Assembly (NCBI GenBank): GCA_964016885.1
Contig: OZ024740.1
Location: 215,574,001-215,638,000, forward strand
DNA length: 64,000 nt
Source: Eledone cirrhosa
Lineage: Eukaryota
Direction: 5' to 3'
A program made the position numbers and the translations under genes. Shown here piece after piece: positions 1 through 14,133 of the stretch. Position 1 is the stretch's first letter. Each line of letters begins with the position of its first letter. The notes below the pieces were generated by a model. The model did not search any database and was not told the DNA's origin. It was given only the letters and a program-made list of their open reading frames with translations.

Positions 1-382
1 TCATTGTACTGTTTGGTGTCATTTGTGTTGTTTGGATATGAATTTATTTTTACAATTTCATTTCGTCTTTTCATCTCCATAGTATCTAGGGAAGAAGACG
101 ATGTTGACTGCGAGCTATGTAGTCTTACAGACTCTCCACCACCATTATCGTCGAACGCAGCGTTCATAACGTAATCAAACTTCTTACGATATTTTTTCCA
201 AAATTCGATGGAGAAAAAACTTTTCAAATGAATATTTCGCCCACCACCTGAAGGTTGACCCACCACCTGAAGGTCCAGACGGGAGGTCAAGCTACACAAT
301 AATATAAAATGTACCTGAAAACTCACGTTTTTTTCTTACATAAATTAACGGAAACATCTTCGCGAAGTTACACACGTCTGGT

Positions 383-390
383 AGAGAGAG

Positions 391-451
<61 letters not shown>

Positions 452-463
452 CATAGATAGATA
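383..463. repeat. (GA)n/(GATA)n microsatellite abutting the 3' end of the Tx1-like LINE
   Basis: Directly visible agat repeats. Confidence 0.95.
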
Positions 464-1030
464 TGTTTCTTTATTAGCCACAGGGGCACAAAAGAAGGGG
501 ACAAATACAAAGGTGGGGGGGGGGGAGACTTTACACAAAAAGGCGAGTAAAGAAAACAAATAACAAATATAAAATTAACAATAAAGTCCTCAATAGGGAG
601 GAGGCGTTTTGGGAGGTCACACACACCCCCGAAAAAATGTGCAACCCTTCTGCTCAGGAGTACAGAGAGAGGGTGCTCCCTCGTTCCTTCATCTTTTCCA
701 CCTACAGGCTGATGTAGAGAGAAGGCCCATTCACACGGGCCATTCTCGACTCTTTCACCCACCTTTCATAAAAACGACTGGGGTGGAGCACCTCTCTCTC
801 CATCCTGATCCTTCTTCTGAAATGATATCGGAAGAAACGGATCAGTTGTTGGCCAGAGAGAAGGGTGCCTGACCTCAGTCCTTTCAGACGCGTCCACCAT
901 ACAACCTCTTTCACCATGGCTATTACGCACAGAAACACCGCCTCTCCTTCATTTTTGAAGTGGGGAGGTGGCTTAATCGTTACAATGGCCTTGGTGGTCA
1001 CCAGATCGGTCCCACCCGTAACAGCAGTCT

Positions 1031-2981
1031 TTAGGCATAGCCCCACAGATCGGCTACGCCCGAGCAGTGTACCAATGCATGTGCAACGGTTTCCTCGTCG
1101 CACACGCATCTGGGACAGATCTTTTGGGCCGGGTCCCTACCCGGGCGCCTGTGTCTGTAGAGCTTTTCTCGAACGGGTAGAGCCCCTCGGTAGCATTGCA
1201 AGGCCAGGGACTTCTGGAAGTTGTCCATAGGTCCCGGGATGAATGTCCTACCGAACAGGCTGGCCAGTTCGTCTTCCTCCATGTCTAGGGCTTCTCCGAG
1301 GGCGTCGTCGCACCTGCTGCGTACCAGCCCTCTATAGAATGTCGAGGTGGAGTCTCCACTGATAACCGGGTCCGCCTGCCAGAGGGCCGTGAGCGCCTGG
1401 GCACACTCAGTGTGCCAGGCGCCCAGTTTTCTCGGTCTTTGCTTGACCCAGGATTGCAGCTCGGTGAGTGAGACGAGTCTGGGAAAGGTTCGTCTCACAA
1501 ACGGGGCTCACACCGGTTGACCGGTGAGGAATACGTGGAGGTGCCGTAGACTTAATGCTAGTTTACGCATCATTAGCCTCGGCATCCCCAGCCCTCCTTT
1601 CGAAGAGTGTTGACAGCAGATGGATCTCCTCAACAAAGGAGCCCGCTTCTTCCAAAGGAATTGGAAGAGTGCGCGCTCCATCTTGGCGAGGGTTTCCCTT
1701 GGGCAAGGCACGACGGTCAGGCGGTAGTAGATGACGGACGCTATATAGGTGTTCGCCACCTCCGCCCGACCTTTCAGGGATAGTTTGCAACTGGCCCACT
1801 TCTGGGTCAGTGCAAACACCCTGTTCGTTACCTCACCCAGTTCTTCTCCACCTGGAGGTCTGGTCCGAACCAGACCCCGAGCAACTTCACCGGGCCCTCC
1901 GTCCAGCGTCCGACGACGCCATCGGAGGGCATCGGTTTGCCCCTCCACGTGCTGAGTTGCAAACCGATCGACTTGTCCCGGTTCAGCTTAGCCCCTGTAA
2001 ACCTTTCGTACTCCTCCAGTAAGGTGCCGATCGCCCCGATTTCGGAGGCCGTCGACAACATTACTGTCACGTCATCGGCGTAGGCCGACACCGCTTTCCG
2101 CAATCCCGGGACAATCCCTGCAACAACTCCAACTTCCGCAGCAGTGGCTCGAGGGCCAATACATACAGAAGGGAGGAGAGAGGGCACCATTGTCGGATGG
2201 ACCGTGTGATATCGAATGGCTCCGAGAGGTAGCCGTTCACCTCGACTCTAGAGCAGATGCGGCTGCTGTGCATGGCAGTGATCCAGCCCCTGAAAACGGA
2301 TCCGAAGCCTGCCGCCGCTAGCACCGCATCCAGGTAACCATGGTCGACCCTATCGAACGCCTTAGATTGATCCAAGTTGATCAGAGCCCCACCAAAGCCG
2401 GGTTCGTTCCCAACCCTCTCTATGATGTATCGCATGAGGTGGAGGTTGTCGTGGATGGACCTGGACGGGATAGCACATGTCTGCGCATCTCCCACCAGGT
2501 TGCCTACGACAAGCGCAAACCTCTTTGCCAAAATCTTGTAACTCTGTATTTAGCAGAGTTATGGGCTTGAAGTTACTTATTTCGTCCCCCTTGTTCTCGT
2601 CCTTCCTCACTAGCGTGACTACGCCCTTGGTCACAGCACAGGGAATTCTCCCGTTCTGTTGCTAGTTGCAGTAGACCGCCTCGAGGAGATCGGGAATAAG
2701 TCCGGTATAGCTAGATATAGTTCGTATGGAAGACCATCGAGACCCGGGGATTTGCGTTTGCCGCATTGGCTCAGCACGTCCTCTATCTCAGCGGCTGAAA
2801 TCGGCTCCTCGCAGGACTTCGCCTCCTTGTTCGAAAGACGCGGCAGGCCGTCGAGGTATGGATCGAAGTCCACTTCCCCAACCGGCTCGCCGCCCCTTCC
2901 GAACAATCGGGTAAAGTGCCTTTGAAAGGCCTCACACATTTGCTTAGGTTCAAGGATCGCCCGTCCATCCTGGTCTCGCAA
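1031..2981 (-). pseudogene. LINE ORF2 reverse transcriptase and C-terminal zinc finger, frameshifted
   Basis: KSPGLDGLPYELY, FKPITLLNTE, LDQSKAFDRVDH, RQWCPLS, AYADDV, LLGVWF, CPRC...ETVAHALVHC in consecutive ORF fragments. Confidence 0.92.
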
Positions 2982-2997
2982 AGACCGGATGGTGGAT

Positions 2998-4056
2998 TTA
3001 ATTCCACTCTTGGCTTGTCACGTGGGCCCAGCTAACAGCTTTGGTCCCCTCGTTTCCTAGAGCACGTATTTTACTTCGGACAACGCAGCCTTCGTGCTTC
3101 GCGTCGAAAAACTGGCTCAAAGCCATTCTCGACGCTAGCACTCTGGCCACGTCGCCGCTTCTAAGTGCCTTTTCTACTCTATCTATCAGCTCCCTTTCCT
3201 TCCTATTCCTATCCGCTGCTAAAACCTTACTAAATTCTATCGAGGCTAATCTAATCTCTCTCTTTAGAGATACCCACCACCTGCTGTTGACGATCGCTCC
3301 AGTCAACCGCTCCTTAACTAACGTACTAATCCGGTCCCTGTCAGCTTTACTTGCCGGTAAGGACAAATTCAGCTTCCAGTAACCGGGACCCTGTCTATGC
3401 GTTCTATCAAGCTTGACCATGCAGGTCACTAACTTGTGGTCTGAATAGCCAACCATGAGCATTTCTGGACAACTTAAAAAGTCCCTGTCGTTATTTCTAA
3501 CTAAGAACCTATCTAGGTACGATCTAGATTGACCGCTACGAGTTGACCAAGACCAGGTTGGCACAGTCGGAAAATCTAGTCGAAATCTATCGGCCAGGTC
3601 AAATCGGCCGAGTAACTCCTTGAGGCTGTTACACCCCTCTCTATTGGGACATGCCCCTGCATAGTCCCAACGTGCATCCAGGATACCATTCCAGTCCCCC
3701 ACTAAAAAAGACTCCAGACGTTGGAAGAAGTCGGGCCGCTCTGTCCCAAAAGGGGCATATGCGGCTACCAGCCTAAAGGCTCCACCTTCACCACTGCCAA
3801 GGTCCAGCACCACCAGTCGACCCCCTGGGCCCAAGTGAACTATCAGTGTGGCGAGACCCAGATGTTTTTGCAGCAGAACGACAACCCCACCCCCACCTCC
3901 GGGCTGACAGAGATATGCGGGCATCTCAAAGTCATCAAAGGCCAGCTGTTGCACGCTGCTGATTCGAGCCTCGCAGATAACCATCACATTTATAGATCGT
4001 GACCTGAGGTCATTTAGAAGCTGTTTGCTTCCAAGGTGAGCCCAGGCCACGCACAT
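2998..4056 (-). pseudogene. LINE ORF2 apurinic-like endonuclease domain
   Basis: Motifs AYAP, LVGDWN, SYLDRFLV, YSDHKLV, GPGYWKLNLS typical of L1/Tx1 EN. Confidence 0.9.
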
Positions 4057-4071
4057 TTAGACACCCTACTC

Positions 4072-5810
4072 TCAACACATCCATGTTGGTGGTAAGGAGA
4101 AAAGGCACTTACCTCTATGCGTCCCGGGGAGCGGGCCGCTCAATTTCCATGAGGGTGGGGGATGGGTTGTTGGGTGGGGTGGTGGTTTGTGGAAGTATAG
4201 GAGCATCAGTGTGTTGTGGGGTTTGGGTGTTTGTAGTTGAGTGAGTGTCTGGGTGGGGTGGGGTGGGGAATTTTTTAGGAGGACGCGGTTGATTGGCTTG
4301 GTGCAGGGGGGGGGGGGGGGCACGTCCTCCATGAAATTTATTTTCAGTGTTTTGAATAAGTTCATTGGGACTTTAACCATTTTTAAATGAGGTAGTCCCA
4401 CAGCAGTTAGAAAGTTAGGCCCTTCAGTTTGGACCAAAGGGTTTGACGAAATTGTGTTCATTAGTTCTTTGTTGTTCATGTATGTATATTGTAAAGTCTT
4501 TTTTTGCGGAGCTGTTAGTGTTGTGTGAAGGGGAGGGGTGGTTTGTGTATAGTTTGTTTTCTCTTGGGGAGGGTTTATGTTAATAAGTGTGTCTGTGGTG
4601 CGCCTCCTCTTCTTTCTTTTTACTATTTGGAAGGGATCTTTTTCGTCTTGCGACGAAAGGGCTTCGTCTTCCTTGTTGGGTGGGAGGGGTATATTTTGTG
4701 GTAGTGTTTGCGGTGTGTGTGTTTTTGTATTTGTTTTGGGTGGGGAGAGGTTGGGTGGGACAGTGTTCTGTGTTGTTTTTTTCTCGTGTTTGTTGTTGTT
4801 GTGGTGGTGTTGTTGGTTTTTGTTGTTGTTGTTGTGGTTGTTTTTGTTGTTGTTGTTGGGGTAGCAATGTTTTTTTCGGTGTGAGCTGGGGACAGGCAGC
4901 CCTCAGGTGACCTTTGTTGCCACAGAGGTAACAGGAGGGACGCCTACCCTCCACAATAATGTTGAGGTGGGTACGGTCATCCAGCATGACGCGTTCAGGA
5001 ATTTGGGCGATACGTTCTGGCCTTATTTGGGTCAGAACTTCAATGCTCGTTCCACTGAACGCGTCGCCGGATGCCTTCCCTATTGATATAAGGTTGTCCT
5101 CGTCCAAGTTGAGGAAACCGGTTAGAAACCACCATGTAGGTTGAAAAAAGGGTGTAATGCGTGGAACGAATTGGCGACACAGAGTATTTTTTCGCCGCCA
5201 ATTCGTCTTTCATCAATATGGATAAACTCCCATAGAGTTTATCCTTTTGTATGAAAATTATATCTTTCATAGCCTCTTTCAGGACCAACTGAATTTCAGC
5301 TTGAGATGGTTGTGCTGGTTTTCTTGTTTTGTTGGCAATTATACGGAATACAACAGTTCGTAATTCCGTCTGTTTTTTTAGTTCTGGAGGCGAATTGACG
5401 GAAAAAGATCCATTTTAGCCAAAAGATACATATTTTTTTGCTCTTTCAATCATTTCTTTAGCATTTTTTATATCCTCAAGCACATAGGTGACTGATATTT
5501 TAGCAGTCTGTGCAAAAGATATTTTGTTTTCGTTGTTGGTGTTTGAGTTGTTCTGTTTCTCGTTGTTCTGTTTCTCGTAGTTTGAGTTATTTTCATTTTT
5601 GTTGTTGTTGTCTTTCTCATTTGGTGTGTTGGTTTTGTCATTGTTAGTGTTTTCGTTGTAATTAATTGGGTTTGCACCCGTATTTACTTGTTTGTCCGGC
5701 ATATCGCCTTTTACAATGTCTTTTAAAACGTTGACGCGGGAAAGCAAAGCGCTTTGTACCGCTTGCTTCTTTCTCTCTTCTTCCTTAGTGAGCGTGGCGT
5801 TTTCGTTCAC
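4072..5810 (-). pseudogene. LINE ORF1 (gag-like nucleic-acid-binding protein), split into several frames
   Basis: ORFs 5415-5810, 5040-5288, 4580-5107 (EGRRPSCYLCGNKGHLRAACP zinc knuckle) and 4072-4479 lie upstream of ORF2. Confidence 0.75.
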
Positions 5811-6038
5811 ACGTGCTACAGATATGGCGTCAATTTTTTACCATGTGAGTCAGCAAAATATTTTTTAGAGTAGTTTTTACCCTCAAAAGGGGTAAAAATA
5901 CGATGACCACCCGTCTACAGACCTAGCCGGGGGGTTAAAAGACACGAAGACAACACAATAAAGAAACAAACACTTACTGTCAATAGGTTAAAATTCAAAA
6001 AGGCAGGAGCCGATGTTGTACGCGTCTATACTATGCGA

Positions 6039-6039
6039 T

Positions 6040-6079
<40 letters not shown>

Positions 6080-6238
6080 ATAAATAAATAGTTAAACAAA
6101 TGGGCGGATAGAAATACAGAAACAGATGCTGCTTTTCTTGTTCAATGATAGCTAGATAGTTATAGATATTATAGATAGCAGCTGCTCTTACTACTGACCA
6201 TCTTGTCAACACCGAGAGAAAGGGAGAGAAAGAGAGAT

Positions 6239-6308
<70 letters not shown>
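6039..6308. repeat. (GATA)n at the LINE 5' junction and a downstream (GA)n tract
   Basis: Visible repeats. Confidence 0.9.
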
Positions 6309-6310
<2 letters not shown>

Positions 6311-6397
6311 TGCGTGCGTGACAGGTAGGGAGGATGATATCAAATTTCTATTTCTCAAAGAAATCTAGCACTTCATGGTTGTCACATGACTTTGCGT

Positions 6398-6476
<79 letters not shown>

Positions 6477-7268
6477 TGTGTTTGTATGTGTGTGTGTGTA
6501 TGTATGTGTGTGTATGCATACATGCATATATATATACATATATATATATATATACATATATATATGCATATATTTATACACACACACACACATATACATA
6601 TGTGTGTGTGTGTGTTTGTGTGTGTACATATGTGTGTGTAAGCGCATCAATGTTTAGTTGTATGCATACACAACTAAAGTACAAATGCATATTGAAGTAC
6701 AGACATTATAAGAGAAGATGGTGGAGTGTGAGGAGTGGTTGTCAGAGTATTTATGGTGCAAGTGTGGCGTGAATGGTTTGAGAATTGTCTGGCCACACAC
6801 GCCATTGTAGAAACTATCTTACACAACATGCCAATTCAGATTTCGGTCAACATAATCAATAAAATATACATTTCTACATTCACTAGAATCCCTGATATAT
6901 GCCTGCGCTGTGTGGATTGATGTGTTGTTTGTACACACACACACATACTCACACACACACACACAAACACACACACACGCGCGCGCAAACACACACACAA
7001 ACACACACACATACACACATGTATATATAATTTAATTATATATATATATATATATACATATATATATACGGGGTAACAAATAATAGTTATATGCAGTCCA
7101 CTTAGTATTGTTATATGCAGTCCACTTGTATTGGCGATCGAGTAACGTGAAAACAAGCGAATAGCGATCTCTAGACCTACCAGTTCAGAGAAACAATTGT
7201 CAGCAATGAGATTAAAAACCTTTTTTGTATAGCAAACCATGTCAATCTTCTTTCCTGATTTATTATAC

Positions 7269-8240
<972 letters not shown>

Positions 8241-8347
8241 TTTTTTCCGTTGTGTTGTAATATAAATATTACACACAGTAGATTATCAGCTCACGTAGAG
8301 TTTGCTCGACGGTTCCAGTTGTAGTTCCAAAAGTAATCCGGAGAAAA

Positions 8348-8639
8348 ATAGAAAGATTTGAATGGATACAGTTTAGTTGAAAGGAATTTATTGACACGTG
8401 TTTCTATAACAGTTACATAACCTAAAACAGCTATCTACAAACTTTTAGTTATGCAGACATTCAATATTTCAATGTTATTGTTTACTGTCATTTCATCAGA
8501 AATGACAGTAAACAATAACATTGAAATATTGAATGTCTGCATAACTAAAAGTTTGTAGATAGCTGTTTTAGGTTATGTAACTGTTATAGAAACACGTGTC
8601 AATAAATTCCTTTCAACTAAACTGTATCCATTCAAATCT

Positions 8640-8645
<6 letters not shown>
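8348..8645. repeat. Palindrome with 147-bp arms and 4-nt spacer, centred on a hammerhead core
   Basis: Arms are reverse complements around tttc-atca-gaaa (8491-8502); minus strand reads CTGATGA aatg...catt GAAA tattgaatg TC but lacks the 5' strand of stem I. Confidence 0.9.
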
Positions 8646-8703
<58 letters not shown>

Positions 8704-9448
8704 ATACTTTGGGAGGGTCATGTTGCCAATAAGAAACACATGCACCAGCTGCTTTCACTTCAATTTATTATAATAAATTTATAAATTTAGGAATTTATAA
8801 ATTTCCGGTTGGTTGGTTGGTTCCACAACCAGATGGTTGTTTATATATTATCAAAGTTGTTTCGTCACACACATATATATATATATATTTTTTTTTATCT
8901 AATGGTTTTGTGTGTATATATATAATAGCCTCAGAAACGGCTTGAGCTCTGCCGTGGGGGTCAGACTTTTTCCTATGTGTGTGTATATATATATACGTAT
9001 ATGTATGTGTGTGTGTATTTCTGTGGTTGTGTTTGTGTGTGTGTGTGTATGTATATATATGTATATATATATATATATGTATATGTATGTGTGTATGTAT
9101 ATGCATAATTACATACAGTGATTTAATGCTTATTTTCATTGATCATTTGCTCCAGGAATTGTTGAGTGCTCTAAATCTGCTATAAACATTTATACCCGTT
9201 TCTAAATATATTTTTTTATTTATTATTTGTCATATTCCCAACTTTTTATTTTTATTTTTATTTTTATTTTTATTTTTAATTTTATATATACAATATTTAG
9301 GTTTTTTTATATGATATTTATGTGCTTTCTTATATATATATATATAATTATATGTGTGTGTGTGTGTATGTATGTATGTATGCATACGTATGTGTATGTA
9401 TATGTGTGTGTAGATATATATATATATATATGTAAATGTATATATGTG

Positions 9449-9477
<29 letters not shown>

Positions 9478-9481
<4 letters not shown>

Positions 9482-9594
9482 GAACCAGTAAGACCCCGAC
9501 AGCTGAGCTCAAGCCGTTTCGACGGCTAATTCTAGTCCAGAATTAGCCGTCGAAACGGCTTGAGCTCAGCTGTCAGGGTCTTACTGGTTCCTAT
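9478..9594. repeat. Palindrome (about 56-bp arms, 5-nt spacer) nested in a (TA)n tract
   Basis: ggaaccagtaagacc...aattct agtcc agaatt...ggtcttactggttcc; homologous to 13775-13918. Confidence 0.9.
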
Positions 9595-10375
9595 TACCCA
9601 CTCTACTACCTCAAGTATTGAGTACTTTGGTGCGTTATGGTCCACCTGGTTCCTTACCACATTTCTTTCGTTATATATATATATATATATATATATATTT
9701 TTTAGAGTTAAACAAGGTTAATATGAATATATCTAAGAATGAGTTTTACACACATACATATGTGTGTTTGTATTTGTATGTATGTGTTTGTTATATGCAT
9801 ATATATGTATGTGTATGTATGTATGGCTATGTATGTATGTATATATATATATATATATATATTTATGTGTGTGTATATATGTATATGTGTGTGTGTGTGT
9901 ATGTACATGTGTATGCGTATGTATGTGTATATGTATTTGTATATGTATGTGTATGTGTGAGAGTGTGTGTATGTATTTATTTTTACGTATGTATGTGTAC
10001 GTGCATTTGTGTGTATTGCTTACCACGTGTGTTTGTTCATTTATTTGTTGCCTGAATCTCTGTCAACACTATAATAATCTTTATCATTTTTATTTTTTTA
10101 TTATATATTTTTTCTTATATTTATTTGTGTGTGATTATGTAGGTGTGTGTACATATTTCTATATTTGTGCATGCGTATGTATGCGTGTATATATGTGTGT
10201 ATGTATGTGTATGTATGTACGTGAGTATATACGTATGATTGTGTGTATGTATGTATGTGTATGAATATATATATATATATGTATGTGTATATATATGTAT
10301 GTGTGTGTATGTATGTATAGATATGTTTATGTATATATGTATATATATGTTGATGTATATATGTATATATATGCA

Positions 10376-10408
<33 letters not shown>

Positions 10409-10710
10409 ATGCACGTTTGTGTATTTGTATGTATGTGTATGTATGGATATGTTGATATTTATGTGTGTAAGTATGTATGTATATATGTATGTGTATGTGT
10501 ATATATATACACATATATATATATATGTGTGTGTGTGTGTATGTGTGTGTGTATGTATTTGTGTATGTATATATATGTGTATGTATATAATTGTGTGTGT
10601 GTGTTTGCATGTGTGTTTTTATTTTTCCTTTCCTTCCTTTTCCAGCCTCACTTTCATATAGATTATATTTTTGTTTTTAAAATCCAATGCCAATAAATAC
10701 ACCAGGATTT

Positions 10711-10770
10711 TTTCATTCTGATGATTGAAAGCAAATTTGTTTGCTTTTAAGAAACCACTAGTAAATGAAA
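10711..10770 (+). ncRNA. Type I hammerhead ribozyme
   Basis: tttcatt CTGATGA ttgaaagcaaa(tttg)tttgcttttaa GAAA ccactag TA aatgaaa. Confidence 0.8.
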
Positions 10771-10795
10771 TAATTGCCTTATGTTGTTTATTACA

Positions 10796-10833
<38 letters not shown>

Positions 10834-11167
10834 TAAAAGGAAAAGAAAATGCTTTCAAATTTTTCCCAGTGAAAAATAGTTTAATTAGGAATAAGTATAA
10901 ATTAGTAATAAGTATTGGTTAGTATTCAGTTTTAGTTTAAAGTTTTTACCGGTTGCGCATTTCTAATGCTTTTCAAAAATAATTCTGAGATAGAGCGCCC
11001 GTGATGTTTGCTCTAATCTGATCAGTTTTGGAAATTCTTCCTGTTTTATGTGAAAAAAGTGGCTCCAGAGGTATTAAGATTTGATTGGTTGTTGAATGTC
11101 ACGTGAATGAGTACTATGAATTTATTTTTGAGTACTATTCTTTTAAATATATATATATATATATACA

Positions 11168-11271
11168 TACAGGGTGTCCCCCAAAAAATGAATACACACT
11201 ATGATTACCTGTACAGGTAATATATATTAAAATGACATTGAAATATGTATACATTTTGGGGACATCTTGTA
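11168..11271. mobile_element. Tc1/mariner-type MITE
   Basis: TA-cagggtgtcccccaaaaaatg ... cattttggggacatcttg-TA imperfect terminal inverted repeats. Confidence 0.65.
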
Positions 11272-11290
11272 TACATACATATATATATAA

Positions 11291-11326
<36 letters not shown>

Positions 11327-11335
11327 GTAAATGTG

Positions 11336-11469
<134 letters not shown>

Positions 11470-11511
11470 TATATATATATACACGTTTACATATATATAT
11501 ATATATGTATA

Positions 11512-12206
11512 TGGCATAGGTTAAGTTTAACGTCCTCGAAAATGAAACTAGGTTTTCTGATAAGTGAATGTGTTTTTTTTTTTTTTTTACAATGAAATTT
11601 ACGATACATTCTTTGTTTATTTACAACAGGTCTCTATAGTGATATGGTGTTAATTAGTATTGCGTGTGTGATTATTTTCTCTTATATATATATGTGTGGG
11701 TGTGTATATGTGTGTATATATATGTGTGTCTGTATGTATATATATATGTGTGTCTGTATGTATATATATATGTGTGTTTGTATATATATATATGTGTTTG
11801 TGTCATCATCATCGTTTAGATGTTTTTGTAATATCTTGCCAAAGTTGGCACCAACTATAAACAAATTAAGGCCGGGTCATAAGAAGGACAGAGAATGATA
11901 AGGGATTTGGGTAAAAACATGTAAACAATGATGATGACACAAACACATATATATATATATACAAACACACATATATATATACATACAGACACACATATAT
12001 ATACACACATATACACACCCACACATATATATATATATAAGAGAAAATAATCACACACGCAATACTAATTAACACCATATCACTATAGAGACCTGTTGTA
12101 AATAAACAAAGAGTGTATCGTAAATTTCATTGTAAAAAAAACAACACATTCACTTGTCAGAAAACCTAGTTTCATTTTGGAGGACGTTAAACTTAACCTA
12201 TGCCTA
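11512..12206. repeat. Inverted repeat (about 300-bp arms, about 110-bp spacer) bounded by (TA)n
   Basis: ggcataggttaagtttaacgtcc... matches the reverse complement ...ggacgttaaacttaacctatgcc. Confidence 0.85.
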
Positions 12207-12220
12207 TGTATATACACATA

Positions 12221-12316
<96 letters not shown>

Positions 12317-13016
12317 ACACACGAGAGAGAGTGTGTTTATCAAGTTACAGTGAATACCACTAGCGTATGGAACTTATAAACTAAGGAAGGTGAGGCAGAT
12401 ACATTATAATTAAAAAGATAAATTAAAATGAAAGAACCCACCTTTATAACTATATATAACACACATACAAACTGAGACCTAATGTTTCGCCAGAAAATCA
12501 GTGTTTGAATTAAATTCACCCAGGTTCATCAGCGTGTGTTAGTTGTATACATTCCAAACAACTCTAAGAGAAGTTAAAGTAACTGCCTTGCAACACGTGG
12601 GAGAAGAAAATGCGTGTACGAGATAGTGTAAGAGCCCGGGATTCATTTTCTTGAGCTCATGAATTACATGGACTAACGCCAGTCTTTGACTCCGTTACTC
12701 CATTTTGATATATATATATATATATATATAAAATGAGCTAAATATCTCTCTGAGTATTAAGTACCCATAGAGATATATAGGGTGTCTATAATATAATTGT
12801 TGTTCTATGGTACTTATTTGAGATACCAGAACTATAAAAATTGAGGTGAGCAGAACAAAAAAACATTAAACAATCCTCTAAATAAATTAGAAAATGATTT
12901 AAATATCTACCTGTTCATAATGTTATTACCGGCGGTTTCGCTTTACAAAAGATTAGAAATTCATGCATATATATATATATAATATAAGATCAAAAGATGG
13001 TTAAAAGAGTTCCATG

Positions 13017-13087
13017 TATTTTATTATGCGCATTTCAAAAACAAATATCATCATGCGAAGACATTTGCGTTTTCGTCAGATAAAATA
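13017..13087 (-). ncRNA. Type I minimal hammerhead ribozyme
   Basis: tattttat CTGACGA aaacgcaaatgt...atatttgttttt GAAA tgcgca TA ataaaata; 8-bp stem I, palindromic stem III. Confidence 0.85.
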
Positions 13088-13324
13088 GGGAGACATGATA
13101 TGAAGGTTAAAAAACACTTGTGAATAGTGCAGTTTTAAATCAACATATGAAAAGTAGTTTAAAATTGATGTGTGATATTGTGAAAAAATGAGGGGGTGGG
13201 GGTGGAAAGGATGAAAAAGAGGAGGAGATGAGAGTAAAGAATGGAGGGGAGGATTATAATAAGGAAGGATGAGATAGGAGGAGAGATTGTACTACAATAA
13301 AACACACTTCCTACATATATATAT

Positions 13325-13711
13325 ATATATTTATTTATTTAGGTTTGTTGATTCACCACTGGATAGAATTGGTCATTCCGTATGGTCAATCTCGATGTAA
13401 TATTATGGAGAGTACTCAACGTAGTGCAGTTCACCCGTCTTCGTTTGTGTAGTTTGTGGTGCTAATACGGAGTTAATTATTAGAAATAGAATAACAGGAG
13501 GCTGGACTGGTGTAAATCCTTGAAAAGTTTATTATCCTATGATCATTTCAATGACCGGGTTCCGTATGAATCCGGTGATATCATCAGGTATTCGAAATAT
13601 AACAAAGGAATATATGATGATATCACCGGATTCATACGGAACCCGGTCATTGAAATGATCATAGTATAATAAACTTTTCAAGGATTTACACCAGTTCAGC
13701 CTCCTGTTATT
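13325..13711. mobile_element. PLE-type 3' fragment with inverted duplication (arms 13489-13586 and 13615-13711)
   Basis: Same family as 26503-26772 in opposite orientation; hammerhead in the arms; (TA)n on both sides. Confidence 0.75.
13533..13592 (-). ncRNA. Type I hammerhead ribozyme (weak stem I)
   Basis: atac CTGATGA tatcaccgg...ccggtcatt GAAA tgatca TA ggat. Confidence 0.65.
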
Positions 13712-13718
13712 TTATTTG

Positions 13719-13778
<60 letters not shown>

Positions 13779-13916
13779 ATGTATGACCCCGACGGCAGAA
13801 CTCAAGTCGTTTCGACGGCTATTTCTGGGAATTTTTCTATTACCCCCTCTACTACCTTAGTATTGAGTACTCTGGTGCGTTATGGTCAATCTGGTTCCTT
13901 ACCACAACTCCTTCGT

Positions 13917-14057
<141 letters not shown>

Positions 14058-14075
14058 TGCATATATATATACACG

Positions 14076-14133
<58 letters not shown>

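Larger units (their letters stand above)
464..6038 (-). mobile_element. Near full-length L1-clade/Tx1-like non-LTR retrotransposon, frameshifted
   Basis: ORF1 with CCHC knuckle followed by ORF2 pieces with APE endonuclease, RT and zf-RVT motifs; on the minus strand AATAAA precedes the (TATC)n tail; (GATA)n on both flanks. Confidence 0.9.
8890..10801 (+). mobile_element. About 1.9-kb non-autonomous repeat made mostly of (TA)/(TG)/(TATG) tracts with a 3' hammerhead
   Basis: Colinear unique blocks shared in reverse orientation with 29240-31175. Confidence 0.8.

Noticed and set aside
8925-8975. GAAACGGCTTGAGCTC motif (also near 9550, 13785-13820 and 31100-31140) as a hammerhead
   Set aside because: Only a possible 3' half; no upstream CTGANGA or stem I partner in any copy.
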